Source of the DNA: Solirubrobacterales bacterium
Lineage (GTDB): Bacteria > Actinomycetota > Thermoleophilia > Solirubrobacterales > JBBDJG01
DNA: 64,000 nucleotides
Direction: 5' to 3'
Assembly: GCA_038203635.1 (NCBI GenBank)
Contig: JBBRDT010000002.1
Coordinates: forward strand, 5,030 to 69,029
Below are positions 17,580-31,845 of the stretch, piece by piece. Below the pieces are notes generated by a model. It ran no database searches, was not told the origin of the DNA, and was given only the letters and a program-made list of their open reading frames with translations. The stretch's first letter is position 1, and each line of letters opens with the position of its first letter. The position numbers and the translations under genes are program-made.

Positions 17580-18326
17580 ATGGCGCTCAGGTTGCGTACG
17601 GTTGTGCCGCTTTTGCTTGCGGTAGGTGTCGTTTTCATGATCGTCGTCGCGGAGCTCGCTTCTGCAGGTCATGTCCGACCGAAGGCTGCCAGTCCAATCC
17701 GGGTGTCGCTCGTTCCGGCGTTCGCCCCGTGTACTTCGCCGAACCGGACCCATGGGACGCCCTTGGCGGTCCCGTCCTGTAACCCGCCGGTCCAGGCATC
17801 GGACTCGATCACGGTCGGTGAGCCGTCCGCCAACGGCGCCGTGGCGAACAGCGTCGGGTTCGTGAAGCTAAAGGTCCTGGTCGGCGCGCCCGGCCCGCCG
17901 GACGACTCCGACGTCCTCATCACCGCGAGTGGCACCGACATCCGGTGCAGGGCGGGCACGACCGCCTGCGGCAGCGTAAACACCGTTGACGGAGCCGACT
18001 ACACCGGCCAGCTGCAGGGCACCGCCACGATCCGGATCTCGGACCACTACAACGGTGTCGCGTCCACCAACGGGTCCGACCCCGGCACGGCGGTCGACCT
18101 ACCGTTCCCCGTCTTGACGGGTTGTACGGCGACCCCCGATGCCGGGATCGGTGCGACCTGTCTCGCCAACACGTCCGCCAACGCAACCGTGCCGGGTGTC
18201 GTCAAGGACGGCAAGCGGTCGGTAGTCGAGATCGGCCAGCTGCAGGTCTTCGACGGCGGACCCGACGGTCTCGCCTCCACCGGCCCGAACAAGCTGTTCA
18301 CGATTCAGGGCCTCTTCATCCCGTAA
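17580..18326 (+). CDS. Secreted hypothetical Cys-containing protein
   Basis: RBS GGGAGGAGG. Signal peptide MALRLRTVVPLLLAVGVVFMIVVAELASA. No family recognised. Confidence 0.6.
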   Translation: MALRLRTVVPLLLAVGVVFMIVVAELASAGHVRPKAASPIRVSLVPAFAPCTSPNRTHGTPLAVPSCNPPVQASDSITVGEPSANGAVANSVGFVKLKVLVGAPGPPDDSDVLITASGTDIRCRAGTTACGSVNTVDGADYTGQLQGTATIRISDHYNGVASTNGSDPGTAVDLPFPVLTGCTATPDAGIGATCLANTSANATVPGVVKDGKRSVVEIGQLQVFDGGPDGLASTGPNKLFTIQGLFIP

Positions 18327-18352
18327 CGCACGACCACAGACTGATCGGCGAA

Positions 18353-18379
18353 CCGGGAGCGGGCACTGCCCGCTCCCGG
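18353..18379 (+). terminator. Hairpin terminator
   Basis: CCGGGAGCGGGC ACT GCCCGCTCCCGG, a perfect 12-bp stem 27 nt after the stop at 18326. Confidence 0.7.
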
Positions 18380-18479
18380 CCGCTGCTCCTGGCCCGTCTC
18401 GGGCGCACGCGCGAGATCCTGTCGCTGCACGAGACCGTCTAGCTCCCAGCACCTCTATATAGAGAGGTCAGTACAGAGG

Positions 18480-19226
18480 TCAGCGCCGCGGCTCGCGACT
18501 GCCGCCCTGCTCGCTGCCGAATGTGCGCCCTGTGTGGGCGGCCGCGGTGCCCAGCTCCATCTGCCGCACCGACGGATTCCCGGCGACACGTCCGATTACG
18601 TCACCGGTACGCGAGATGAAGAATGTCTCGGGGAGGCTCGTCACCCCATAGGCGTCCGCCACTCGGCCGGCGGCGTCCCGCACGAGGGGGTAGCTCAGGT
18701 CGTACTCGCGCGCGAACTTCAGGGCCGCCGCCGCCGGCTCGCCGACGCTGAGTCCCACGAACGCGACGCCGCGCCGGCCCCACCGCCGCCAGGTCGTCTC
18801 GATCAGGCGCGCCGCGGAGCGACACGGGCCGCAGCCGGAGGACCACACGTGGAGCACGACTGGAGATCCGCGCAGCCTGGTGAGAGCCAGAGACCCCCCG
18901 GCGACGGCCTGCTTGAGCGGGCGCGCCTGCGCAGGAGGCGATCCGTCATCGATCACTTCGACGGCGAAGCCCGGCGCCCGCACGGGGCGGCGCTGCTCGA
19001 CGGCTTTCGACAACGATTTGCCGCGCGCGTTCGCGGCCGGGGGGTTTCCCCCCTCCTGCTTCGGCGGCGCAGACGGCTGTTCGCCCGTTGCAGGCTTTTC
19101 CGGGGTCGGCCGCGCGGATTCGCTGCCCCCGTCCTCCCCTCCCGAGATCGTCAGCGCGATCACGATCAGCGCGATGCCCACGGCGATCGCCGCGCCGCCC
19201 ATCAGATAGGTATTTCGCTTGGACAT
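18480..19226 (-). CDS. TlpA/ResA-like membrane-anchored thiol-disulfide oxidoreductase
   Basis: Internal ATG at 19226 (MSKRNTYLMGGAAIAVGIALIVIAL as TM anchor). Thioredoxin motif WSSGCGPC. The upstream part of ORF 18480..19499 is Arg-rich. Confidence 0.75.
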   Translation of the reverse strand: MSKRNTYLMGGAAIAVGIALIVIALTISGGEDGGSESARPTPEKPATGEQPSAPPKQEGGNPPAANARGKSLSKAVEQRRPVRAPGFAVEVIDDGSPPAQARPLKQAVAGGSLALTRLRGSPVVLHVWSSGCGPCRSAARLIETTWRRWGRRGVAFVGLSVGEPAAAALKFAREYDLSYPLVRDAAGRVADAYGVTSLPETFFISRTGDVIGRVAGNPSVRQMELGTAAAHTGRTFGSEQGGSREPRR

Positions 19227-19379
19227 GGTGTTGTTTGGCAGGGCCCGGGGAGGGCCGCGCCACGAGTCGCGCTCGCCGAAAATACCCGAGCGCCGTCCCG
19301 GCCGTGCGGGTCGCCGTCGCCGTGCATGGTCGCGGCTCTCGGCATCTTTCGTGTCCCGCCAGGCGCTATCCTTCGCCAA

Positions 19380-19404
19380 CCGCGCTCGGCGCGCGGTCTT
19401 TTTT
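19380..19404 (+). promoter_or_regulatory. Terminator-like hairpin plus T6 in the rpmG leader
   Basis: CCGCGC TCGGC GCGCGG TC TTTTTT, 34 nt upstream of the rpmG ATG. There is no upstream + strand gene for it to terminate. Confidence 0.4.
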
Positions 19405-19437
19405 CGTCTACCCCGGCCCGACCGGCCCTCCTGAGAT

Positions 19438-19602
19438 ATGGCACGCGGAGAAGTTCGAATCGCGGTAACCCTCGCTTGCGAGGAGTGCAAACGCCGCAAC
19501 TACCAGACCAACAAGAACCGGCGTAACGACCCGGATCGAATCGAGATGCGCAAGTTCTGTCGCTGGTGTGGTCACCACACCGCGCACAAGGAAACGCGCT
19601 AG
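19438..19602 (+). CDS. rpmG: 50S ribosomal protein L33 (zinc-ribbon type)
   Basis: Manual translation gives [54 protein letters not shown]. Below the 60-aa ORF-track cutoff. Conserved position before secE. Confidence 0.9.
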   Translation: MARGEVRIAVTLACEECKRRNYQTNKNRRNDPDRIEMRKFCRWCGHHTAHKETR

Positions 19603-19622
19603 GCCCCTGGAAGGGCACCCGG

Positions 19623-20120
19623 ATGGCGAGAACACGGCAGAAGCGCAAGGCGAAGCAGCGCCAGCAGCAGCAACAGCAGCAGGCGACCCGTCGCGACGCG
19701 ACCGTCAAGCAGCAGCCGGCGAATCCCGCCGAGGAGGCGGCGATCCAGACGGCAGATGCACTGGAGGCGGCCGACGAGCTGGAGGAGATCGCGGCCGGCC
19801 AGGAGCCGGTTGCCGAGGTCGCTCCTCAGGAGGAAACCAAGGAACCCGAGGAGCGCAAGCCGCGCCGCGCTGCCGTCGAGCGCAAGGAGCCCCGCCGCGA
19901 GCGGAAGCCCGCCCCGGAGAAGCGCAAGGAGGGGCGCCGGCGCGGCCGGGTCGCCAACTTCCTGGTCCAGGTGTGGGCGGAGCTGAGGCGTGTTCAGTGG
20001 CCGGACCGCAACCAGGTGACACAGGCCACGGGCGTGGTCGTCGTCTTCTGCTTCCTCGCCGGTGCGTTCCTTGCGTTCTGGGACTTCGTCTTCGGCGAGC
20101 TCGTCACATCAATACTCTGA
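19623..20120 (+). CDS. secE: Preprotein translocase subunit SecE with a long charged N-terminal extension
   Basis: C-terminal FLVQVWAELRRVQWP plus a TM helix. ATG at 19623. Located between rpmG and nusG. Confidence 0.85.
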   Translation: MARTRQKRKAKQRQQQQQQQATRRDATVKQQPANPAEEAAIQTADALEAADELEEIAAGQEPVAEVAPQEETKEPEERKPRRAAVERKEPRRERKPAPEKRKEGRRRGRVANFLVQVWAELRRVQWPDRNQVTQATGVVVVFCFLAGAFLAFWDFVFGELVTSIL

Positions 20121-20132
20121 TCCGCTGAGAAC

Positions 20133-20654
20133 ATGTTTCGCTGGTACGTCATAAACACATATTCCGGCCACGAGAACAAGGTCAAGCACAACATCGAGCA
20201 CCGTGTGTCGACCATGGAGCAGCAGTCGAACATCCGCCAGGTGGTCGTCCCGACCGAGCAGGTCTCGGAGATGAAGAACGGCCAGAAGGTGCAGACGGAG
20301 CGCCGCACGATGCCCGGCTACGTGCTCGTCAACATGGAGATGAACGACGACACGTGGACCCTGGTCAAGAACACGCCCGGAGTGACGGGGTTCGTGGGCT
20401 CTCGCGACAAGCCGCTGCCGCTCAGCAAGCCCGAGGTCGACCGGCTCATGCACCGCGAGACGGCCGAGCGCCCCCGCACGCGCGCCCAGTTCTCCATCGG
20501 TGAGTCCGTGAAGGTGATCTCCGGCCCGCTCTCGGACTTCTCCGGCGAGATCGCCGAGATCAACGAGGACGCCGCGAAGCTGAAGGTCCTGGTATCCATC
20601 TTCGGCCGCGAGACGCCGGTCGAGGTCGGCTACGACCAGGTGAAGAAGATATGA
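20133..20654 (+). CDS. nusG: Transcription termination/antitermination factor NusG
   Basis: WYVINTYSGHENKV NGN domain and a KOW domain. Conserved synteny. Confidence 0.97.
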   Translation: MFRWYVINTYSGHENKVKHNIEHRVSTMEQQSNIRQVVVPTEQVSEMKNGQKVQTERRTMPGYVLVNMEMNDDTWTLVKNTPGVTGFVGSRDKPLPLSKPEVDRLMHRETAERPRTRAQFSIGESVKVISGPLSDFSGEIAEINEDAAKLKVLVSIFGRETPVEVGYDQVKKI

Positions 20655-20656
20655 GC

Positions 20657-20696
20657 CGGATTTCGCTTAGCCGCGAAATCCGGGAGCTCCGAGGGT
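20657..20696 (+). terminator. Post-gene hairpin (CCGGATTTCGC / GCGAAATCCGG, loop TTAGCC) with conserved tail GGGAGCTCCGAGGG
   Basis: Perfect 11-bp stem starting 3 nt after the nusG stop. Second copy of the element family. Confidence 0.6.
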
Positions 20697-20706
20697 TCTA
20701 AGACCG

Positions 20707-21132
20707 ATGGCCAGAAAAGTTCTCACCATGATCAAGCTCCAGATCCCCGCCGGTGCGGCGAACCCTGCACCGCCCGTCGGCCCTGCGCTGGGTCAGCACG
20801 GGGTCAACATCATGGAGTTCTGCAAGGCCTTCAATGCCCAGACCCAGGCCGACGCCGGCACCATCATCCCGGTCGAGATCACGGTCTTCGAGGACCGCTC
20901 GTTCACGTTCATCACCAAGACGCCCCCGGCGGCCGTGCTGATCAAGCAGGCGATCGGCCTCGAGAAGGGCTCCGCCGAGCCGCACCGTGACAAGGTCGGG
21001 ACGATCAGCCGCGACCAGGTCCGCCAGATCGCCGAGACCAAGCTTCCGGACCTGAACGCGCACGACGTCGACCAGGCGATGAAGATCATCGAGGGCACGG
21101 CCCGCTCGATGGGTGTGGACGTCAGAGCATGA
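20707..21132 (+). CDS. rplK: 50S ribosomal protein L11
   Basis: Sequence ([35 protein letters not shown]) and synteny. Confidence 0.98.
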   Translation: MARKVLTMIKLQIPAGAANPAPPVGPALGQHGVNIMEFCKAFNAQTQADAGTIIPVEITVFEDRSFTFITKTPPAAVLIKQAIGLEKGSAEPHRDKVGTISRDQVRQIAETKLPDLNAHDVDQAMKIIEGTARSMGVDVRA

Positions 21133-21845
21133 GCAAGCACGGGAAGCGCTATCGGCAACTGCGTGAGCTCATCGACCGCACTCAGCACTACGAGCCCTCC
21201 GAGGCCGTCTCGCTCGTCAGGCAGATGCAGACCGCGAAGTTCCCGGAGTCGGTGGAGGCCCACATCCGCCTCGGCGTCAACGTGCGCCATGCCGATCAGC
21301 AGGTGCGCGGCACGATGACTCTGCCCCACGGTCTCGGCCGTGACGTGACGGTGGCCGTGTTCGCCCAGGGCGACAAGGCGCGTGAAGCCGAGGCAGCCGG
21401 CGCAGACGTCGTGGGGGCCGATGACCTCGCCGAGCGCGTGCAGGGCGGCTGGACGGACTTCGACGTGGCGATCGCGACGCCGGACATGATGCCCGTCGTT
21501 GGGAAGCTCGGCCGGGTGCTTGGTCCTCAGGGCAAGATGCCGAACCCGAAGGTCGGGACCGTGACGGACGATGTCGGCCGCGCGGTCGAGCAGGCCAAGG
21601 CAGGGCGTGTCGAGTACCGCACCGATCGCACCGGGATCATCCACATGGTGATCGGCAAGGCCGACTTCGACGACCGCCGGCTGCTCGAGAACTACGCGGC
21701 GCTGATCGACGAGGTCGTGCGGGCCAAGCCGGCCGCCGCAAAGGGGCGCTACATCCGTACGGTCACACTGAGCACCACGATGGGCCCCGGCGTACACGTC
21801 GATCCCACCAGAACTCGAGACCTGTTGGAGGAAGCGGCCGCGTAG
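21129..21845 (+). CDS. rplA: 50S ribosomal protein L1
   Basis: Sequence and synteny. ATGA overlap with rplK. Confidence 0.98.
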   Translation: MSKHGKRYRQLRELIDRTQHYEPSEAVSLVRQMQTAKFPESVEAHIRLGVNVRHADQQVRGTMTLPHGLGRDVTVAVFAQGDKAREAEAAGADVVGADDLAERVQGGWTDFDVAIATPDMMPVVGKLGRVLGPQGKMPNPKVGTVTDDVGRAVEQAKAGRVEYRTDRTGIIHMVIGKADFDDRRLLENYAALIDEVVRAKPAAAKGRYIRTVTLSTTMGPGVHVDPTRTRDLLEEAAA

Positions 21846-21999
21846 TACCATCGCACGCCCCACAGCGAGAGCTTGCTCGCCCGAGACGGTCGGCTGCCAC
21901 GCGGCATGAGTCCGGCCCAGGCGGAGGCAACGGAGAGTTGGTCCGTTTTCCTACCCGCCTGCGTGCGGGTTTTTGTGTCCCCGGGACCCGAAAGCGACG
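21846..21999 (+). promoter_or_regulatory. rplJL leader with attenuator hairpin (CCCGC CTGCGT GCGGG TTTTT at 21954-21974)
   Basis: 154-nt untranslated spacer before rplJ, containing a stem-loop plus T-run. The position corresponds to the known L10 autoregulatory leader. Confidence 0.6.
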
Positions 22000-22704
22000 A
22001 TGAGAAAAGAACAGAAGGCCCAGAAGATCGATGAGATCGCCGCCCACCTCGGGGAGGCGCAGGCCGTGTACGCCGTCGACTACCGGGGCCTGAGCGTCCC
22101 GCAGGCGGCTGAGCTGCGGGCGAGCCTGCGCGAGCACGATGCCACGTTCCGAGTGGTGAAGAACACGCTCACGCTGCGGGCCGCCGACAAGGCCGGCATG
22201 GACCAGCTCAAGGAGCTGGTCGCCGAGGGACCGACCGCGCTCACATTCGTGCGGGGGGACGTCGCCCTCGCGGCGAAAGTCCTGGACACCTTCTCGCGCC
22301 AGGCCGATGTCCTGCAGTTCAAGGGCGGCCTGATGGACGGCCGCGCGCTGGAAGCGGACGAGATCCGCCAGCTCGCGCGCCTGCCGAGCCGCGACGTGCT
22401 CGTCGCCCAGTTCGCCGGAGTGGTCGCGTCTCCGATCACCGGTCTCGTGCGCGGCCTCGGGTCGCTGCTCGGGGGGCTGGCGGTGGCCCTGGGGCAGATC
22501 CAGTTGCAGCGGGCATCCGAGGCGCCGGCGGCAGAGGCGCCCGCAACCGAGGTAGCCCCGGTAGCCGAAGAGGCTCCGGCAGCCGAGGAGACCCCAGAGG
22601 CAGCAGCCGAGGAGCCGGCGGCAGACGCTCAGCAGGAGCCAGATTCAGATTCAGAGTCAGATTCAAATTCGGATCCAGAGGATGCCGAGAAGGAGGCGCA
22701 ATAG
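22000..22704 (+). CDS. rplJ: 50S ribosomal protein L10 with an acidic C-terminal tail
   Basis: ATG at 22000 ([14 protein letters not shown]...). L10 core followed by about 60 aa rich in Ala/Glu/Pro/Asp/Ser. Confidence 0.93.
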   Translation: MRKEQKAQKIDEIAAHLGEAQAVYAVDYRGLSVPQAAELRASLREHDATFRVVKNTLTLRAADKAGMDQLKELVAEGPTALTFVRGDVALAAKVLDTFSRQADVLQFKGGLMDGRALEADEIRQLARLPSRDVLVAQFAGVVASPITGLVRGLGSLLGGLAVALGQIQLQRASEAPAAEAPATEVAPVAEEAPAAEETPEAAAEEPAADAQQEPDSDSESDSNSDPEDAEKEAQ

Positions 22705-22706
22705 CA

Positions 22707-23093
22707 GTGGCTACCAGTACGCAGGAATGGATCGAGGAGCTCAAGGCGATCTCCGTGATGGAGCTCGCCGAGCGGATCAAGGCACTTGAGGAGGAGTTCG
22801 GCGTCTCGGCGACCGCCGTTGCGGCGGCAGCGCCCGCGGCGGGAGGCGCCGCGGATGGCGACGGCGCGGGCGAGGAGGAGAAGACCTCCTTCGATGTCGT
22901 CCTGACGTCCCCGGGCGACAAGAAGATCCAGGTGATCAAGGTCGTCCGGGCCGCAACAGGCCTGGGGCTCAAGGAGGCCAAGGCGCTCGTCGACGAGGCG
23001 CCCAAGGCCGTCAAGGAGGGTCTCGACAAGGACGAGGCCGAGAAGCTCAAGGGCGAGCTCGAGGAGGCCGGCGGGCAGGTCGAGGTCAAATAA
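22707..23093 (+). CDS. rplL: 50S ribosomal protein L7/L12
   Basis: GTG start with AGGAGG RBS. C-terminal domain [27 protein letters not shown]. Confidence 0.98.
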   Translation: MATSTQEWIEELKAISVMELAERIKALEEEFGVSATAVAAAAPAAGGAADGDGAGEEEKTSFDVVLTSPGDKKIQVIKVVRAATGLGLKEAKALVDEAPKAVKEGLDKDEAEKLKGELEEAGGQVEVK

Positions 23094-23095
23094 AA

Positions 23096-23135
23096 CCGGA
23101 ATTTGCCAAGCGGCAAATTCCGGGAGCTCGAAGGG
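23096..23135 (+). terminator. Post-gene hairpin (CCGGAATTTGCC / GGCAAATTCCGG) with conserved tail GGGAGCTCGAAGGG
   Basis: Perfect 12-bp stem starting 3 nt after the rplL stop. Third copy of the element family. Confidence 0.6.
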
Positions 23136-23282
23136 TCCGTCTTCAGGCGAGGCGCGGCCGTCTCGTTTGACCCTTCGGAAACGCAGAACCCTTTGGTACT
23201 ATGTGCGGTCGCGCCGTAGTTTTGCCTGCCCTTTCGCCCAAACGCAATTGCCCGTTTGAGCCGGACTTAGAGGAGCCGCCAG

Positions 23283-26200
23283 TTGGCACGTCTGGACGTT
23301 GCACGCCAGCGTAGAAGTTTCGCGTCCCTTGAAAATGCACTAGAGCTTCCCAACCTGATCGACATACAGCGCAGTTCCTTCGAGTGGCTCACCGACCCAC
23401 AGAAGGGCGGGCTGCGCGAGACGATCGACGACATCTCGCCGATCACCGACTACACCGGCAACCTCGGAATCGTCTTCGGTGAGCTGTGGTTCGACGATCC
23501 CCCGGCCTCCATCGAGGAGTGCCGTGAGAAGGACATGATTTATTCGCGGCCGCTGAACATGAAGGTCGCGTTCCAGAACCGTGACACGGGCGAGATCCGT
23601 GAACAGACCGTTTTCATGGGCGACTTCCCGTGGATGACGGACTGGGGCACGTTCATCATCAACGGCACCGAGCGCGTGGTCGTCACGCAGCTCGTGCGCT
23701 CACCCGGCGCCTACGTGATGGAGCCCAAGGACCGTGAGAAGCAGGTCCTGATCGCCAACCTGATGCCGGCGCGTGGCTCCTGGCTCGAGCTCGAGATCGA
23801 CAAGAAGGGCCGGGTCTACGTCCGCGTCGACCGCAAGCGCAAGCTGCCCGTGACCGTGCTGCTGCGCGCGATCGGGATGGAGAAGGACGGCAAGAAGCTC
23901 GAGAGCGACGAGGAGATCCTCTCCATCTTCGACAACTCGATCTACATCAGGAACACCCTCGACTCCGACCCGGAGACCATCAAGTCGGAGGAGGGCGCGC
24001 TGATCGAGCTGTTCAAGAAGCAGCGCCCCGGCGAGCCACCCTCGCTGGACGCTGCCAAGAACCTGCTCAACCAGCTGTTCTTCGACCCGAAGCGCTATGA
24101 CCTCACGCGGGTCGGCCGCTACAAGCTGAACTCCCGCCTCGGTCTCGACGTGGACCTCGACACGCGGGTCCTCACACGTGAGGACATCATCGCGCTGGTG
24201 CGCGAGCTGGTAACCGTGCCCCGGCTGCTGAAGGGCCGTCGTGGTGAGCCCGCCATCTCCGAGGAGGTGGAGGCGATCAAGGACTACGCCGCCGAGGCAC
24301 AGGACGCTTCGTGGGTGTCGATCATGGACCACCTCGACGAGTACGAGCACTTCGGCAACCGGCGGCTGCGTACGGTCGGCGAGCTGATCCAGGAGGCATT
24401 CCGGATCGGGCTGTACCGCATGGAGCGGGTCGTGCGCGAGCGCCTCACCACCGAGGACGCCGACACGATCACGCCGCAGACGATCATCAACATCCGCCCG
24501 GTGGTGGCAGCCCTGAAGGAGTTCTTCGGCTCCTCGCAGCTGTCTCAGTTCATGGACCAGACGAACTCCCTGGCCGGCCTCACCCACCGCCGGCGCCTGT
24601 CGGCGCTGGGCGCGGGCGGCCTGACCCGGGAGCGTGCCCCGATCGAGGTGCGCGACGTGCACCCGACCCACTACGGGCGCATGTGCCCGATCGAGACCCC
24701 GGAGGGGCCGAACATCGGCCTGATCGGGTCACTCTCCTCGTACGCGACCGTCTCGGAGCACGGCTTCGTCCAGACGCCCTACCGGGTGGTCAAGGACGGT
24801 GTCGTCACGAGCAAGATCGTGTGGCTCGACGCCACCCAGGAGGAGCAGAGCATCATCGCCCAGGCGAATGCCGAGGTGGACGCGAAGACGAACAAGCTCA
24901 AGGGTCCGCAGGTGATCTGCCGCTCGGGCGAGGAAGAGGTCGTGACCGCGGCTCCCAAGCAGGTCGGTTTGATGGACGTCTCGCCGACGCAGATCTGGTC
25001 CGTGGCGACTGCTCTGATCCCGTTCCTCGAGCACGACGACGCGAACCGGGCCCTGATGGGCTCGAACATGCAGCGCCAGGCCGTGCCGCTGCTGCGCCCC
25101 GAGGCGCCGCTGATCGGCACCGGCATGGAGGCACGTGCCGCGATCGACACGGGTGACGTGGTCATCGCCGCCGAGACCGGCGAGGTGTCCTACGTGGACG
25201 CGGAGCGGATCGTGGTCGGCAAGAGCGACCACGAGCTCGCCAAGTTCATGCGCTCGAACCAGGGCACGCTGATCGACCAGCGGCCGCTGGTTCGCGTCGG
25301 CGACAAGGTGAAGCAGGGCGAGGTGCTCGCCGACGGCTCCTCCACCAACGCCGGCGAGCTGGCGCTGGGCAAGAACGTGACAGTCGCATTCATGTCGTGG
25401 CAGGGCTACAACTTCGAGGACGCGATCGTGATCTCGGAGCGACTCGTCAAGGACGACGTCCTCACCTCGATCCACATCGAGGAGTACGAGATCGACGCGC
25501 GCACCACGAAGCTGGGCGACGAGGAGATCACCCGCGACATCCCGAACCGCTCGGAGGAGTCGCTGCGCAACCTCGACGAGCGTGGTGTCGTGCGGGTCGG
25601 GGCCGAGGTGGCCTCCGGCGATCTGCTGGTGGGCAAGGTCACACCGAAGGGCGAGACCGAGCTGACCGCGGAGGAGAAGCTGATCCGCGCGATCTTCAAG
25701 GAGAAGGCACGCGAGGTCCGCGACACGTCATTGAAGGTCCCGCACGGTGAGGGCGGCGTGGTGATCGACGTAAAGATCTTCTCCCGCGACGGAGGGGACG
25801 ACCTCCCCCCGGGAGTGAACGACCTCGTGCGTGTGTACGTGGCCAGCAAGCGCAAGATCGCCGAGGGCGACAAGCTCGCCGGCCGCCACGGCAACAAGGG
25901 CGTGATCTCCAAGATCGTGCCCGAGGAGGACATGCCGTTCCTCGAGGACGGCTCCCCTGTCGACGTGATCCTGAATCCGCTGGGCGTGCCGAGCCGCATG
26001 AACGTCGGCCAGATCCTGGAGACGCACCTCGGGTGGGTCGCAGCCAACGGCTGGTACGACGACGGCTCGGAGGCCTACAAGCAATCGAAGTCCAACGGCG
26101 GCAAGGTGTTCGTCGCCACGCCGGTATTCGACGGCGCAACCGTCGAGCAGGTGGATGAGGCTCTCGTGCGCTGGCAGCAGGAGTCGGGATCGAAGATCCA

Positions 26201-26882
26201 GTTCGAAGTGGACGACAACGCGCGGACAGGCGCCCGCTGTTCAGGCAAGGTCACGCTGTACGACGGACGGTCGGGCGAGCCCTACGAGTCGCAGGTGACC
26301 GTGGGCCAGATGTACATCCTGAAGCTGCTCCACCTCGTGGACGACAAGATCCACGCGCGCTCGACCGGCCCGTACTCGCTCGTCACCCAGCAGCCGCTGG
26401 GCGGTAAGGCGCAGTTCGGGGGACAGCGCTTCGGCGAGATGGAGGTATGGGCGCTCGAGGCCTACGGCGCCGCCTACACGCTCCAGGAGATGCTGACTGT
26501 GAAGTCCGACGACACGGTGGGCCGCGTGAAGGCGTACGAGGCGATCGTGAAGGGCGAAAACATCCCCGAGCCCTCCATCCCGGAGTCGTTCAAGGTGCTG
26601 CTGAAGGAGATGCAGAGCCTTTCGCTGGACGTGAACGTCGTGTCCGAAGAGGGCACCGACATCGAGATCCGCGAGGAGGAGGACGACCTGCTGCGGGCTG
26701 CTGAGGAGCTCGGCATCGACCTGTCGGGCGTGCGGGCGACCGACAAGGACGGCAAGCAGCCGAAGAACACCCCCGCCGACGAGGCGGAGGAGGCAGAGGT
26801 CACCGAGGACGACCTGGCGGCGGAAGAGATCGAGGCGAAGCCGGTGTCCGAGGCGGCGCCGGAGGTGGTGGAAGAGGAATAG
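23283..26882 (+). CDS. rpoB: DNA-directed RNA polymerase subunit beta
   Basis: 1199 aa, TTG start with GAGGAG RBS. Unmistakable RpoB sequence. Confidence 0.99.
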   Translation: MARLDVARQRRSFASLENALELPNLIDIQRSSFEWLTDPQKGGLRETIDDISPITDYTGNLGIVFGELWFDDPPASIEECREKDMIYSRPLNMKVAFQNRDTGEIREQTVFMGDFPWMTDWGTFIINGTERVVVTQLVRSPGAYVMEPKDREKQVLIANLMPARGSWLELEIDKKGRVYVRVDRKRKLPVTVLLRAIGMEKDGKKLESDEEILSIFDNSIYIRNTLDSDPETIKSEEGALIELFKKQRPGEPPSLDAAKNLLNQLFFDPKRYDLTRVGRYKLNSRLGLDVDLDTRVLTREDIIALVRELVTVPRLLKGRRGEPAISEEVEAIKDYAAEAQDASWVSIMDHLDEYEHFGNRRLRTVGELIQEAFRIGLYRMERVVRERLTTEDADTITPQTIINIRPVVAALKEFFGSSQLSQFMDQTNSLAGLTHRRRLSALGAGGLTRERAPIEVRDVHPTHYGRMCPIETPEGPNIGLIGSLSSYATVSEHGFVQTPYRVVKDGVVTSKIVWLDATQEEQSIIAQANAEVDAKTNKLKGPQVICRSGEEEVVTAAPKQVGLMDVSPTQIWSVATALIPFLEHDDANRALMGSNMQRQAVPLLRPEAPLIGTGMEARAAIDTGDVVIAAETGEVSYVDAERIVVGKSDHELAKFMRSNQGTLIDQRPLVRVGDKVKQGEVLADGSSTNAGELALGKNVTVAFMSWQGYNFEDAIVISERLVKDDVLTSIHIEEYEIDARTTKLGDEEITRDIPNRSEESLRNLDERGVVRVGAEVASGDLLVGKVTPKGETELTAEEKLIRAIFKEKAREVRDTSLKVPHGEGGVVIDVKIFSRDGGDDLPPGVNDLVRVYVASKRKIAEGDKLAGRHGNKGVISKIVPEEDMPFLEDGSPVDVILNPLGVPSRMNVGQILETHLGWVAANGWYDDGSEAYKQSKSNGGKVFVATPVFDGATVEQVDEALVRWQQESGSKIQFEVDDNARTGARCSGKVTLYDGRSGEPYESQVTVGQMYILKLLHLVDDKIHARSTGPYSLVTQQPLGGKAQFGGQRFGEMEVWALEAYGAAYTLQEMLTVKSDDTVGRVKAYEAIVKGENIPEPSIPESFKVLLKEMQSLSLDVNVVSEEGTDIEIREEEDDLLRAAEELGIDLSGVRATDKDGKQPKNTPADEAEEAEVTEDDLAAEEIEAKPVSEAAPEVVEEE

Positions 26883-26981
26883 GCCGTTACGCCGTTACGC
26901 CGTGCGCCGGAAAAAGCGGCGAACGGCGAACGGCGCACGGCGCACTTGGGGCGAAATCAGCGACTGACCAAAGGAACACAC

Positions 26982-31040
<4,059 letters not shown>

Positions 31041-31047
31041 AAGAAAA

Positions 31048-31075
31048 CCCGGCCGCCGGTAAGCCGGCGGCCGGG
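31048..31075 (+). terminator. Hairpin terminator after rpoC
   Basis: CCCGGCCGCCGG TAAG CCGGCGGCCGGG, a perfect 12-bp stem 8 nt after the stop. Confidence 0.75.
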
Positions 31076-31099
31076 TAGCGCTAGGGACGAGCTGGCTTA

Positions 31100-31648
31100 C
31101 TACAGCCCGCTCGTCCCGTTCTGCAAGCCGTCCGCCCAATGAAAGAGCCGTTCGACGTGCTCTTCGGTCATGCCCTCATGCCTGACCGTCTCGATGATCA
31201 ACGTCGGGGCGGGGCGCCCCTCGGCCCAGGCATGGCACGCGTCGTCGACGTTGTCGTCGATCCATGCGAGTGGCCTGGTGTCGCCGGCGTGCGCCGCGAT
31301 CGCATCGATCTTCCAGTGCGCGGCACCAGCGGCGATGCGGCCGTCGAAGGTCAGGTAGGGAAGGTGCCCGGGCAGCTCGAGCAGGTGGGGGAGGTAGTCG
31401 TTGGCGGTCTCCTCCCAGCCCGTGGCCCAGATCAGCTCGTAGCGCTCCGCAAGCCTGCGCAGGTGGCGGCTGCAGGCCGCCGATATGTAGTGCATCACCC
31501 CGTTGATCGAGTGCAGCCGACCAGGAGGGCAGTTCGCAAAAGGGGCATTTCCGGGGGCCAATCCATAGCCTTCGCGAAATCCGAAAAGACTGATGACCCC
31601 GTCGACATCGACGAACAGCAGGGGTTTTTGTGAAATGTGTGTATCCAT
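31100..31648 (-). CDS. HAD-superfamily hydrolase-like protein
   Basis: Internal ATG at 31648 gives MDTHISQKPLLFVDVDGVISLF (DxDGV motif I). C-terminal WIDDN motif. Confidence 0.65.
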   Translation of the reverse strand: MDTHISQKPLLFVDVDGVISLFGFREGYGLAPGNAPFANCPPGRLHSINGVMHYISAACSRHLRRLAERYELIWATGWEETANDYLPHLLELPGHLPYLTFDGRIAAGAAHWKIDAIAAHAGDTRPLAWIDDNVDDACHAWAEGRPAPTLIIETVRHEGMTEEHVERLFHWADGLQNGTSGL

Positions 31649-31845
31649 CGTCACATGCACACGGTTGCGCGGCGAGCAAACTGTGTGAGACTGTGGTGCA
31701 GGGGGTATCCCTTCCCCCATCTGGACGCTTGTCTAGTCTCCGGCGGATCTCGTCAAGCGCGAAGGGTACGACGCCGAGATCTAGAACAACGTCCCAGACG
31801 GCTTTGGGCGCGAATGCCGTCAGGCCGAATCCTCTTACCATTTAG

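Noticed and set aside
19227-19437. A tRNA gene upstream of rpmG-secE, or upstream of tuf, as seen in some other bacteria
   Set aside because: Reading these spacers on both strands shows no cloverleaf-compatible acceptor or T-arm pairing and no GTTCRANNC T-loop. No tRNA is called anywhere in the window.
19566-19622. Upstream extension of the secE ORF ([19 protein letters not shown])
   Set aside because: It overlaps the 3' end of rpmG in another frame. The ATG at 19623, 21 nt after the rpmG stop, gives a sensible SecE start.
26883-26945. Short tandem repeats in the rpoB-rpoC spacer as a possible CRISPR-like array
   Set aside because: There are only two to three 7-8-nt units with no spacers. 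The two halves are mutually complementary, so this is a hairpin rather than a repeat-spacer array.
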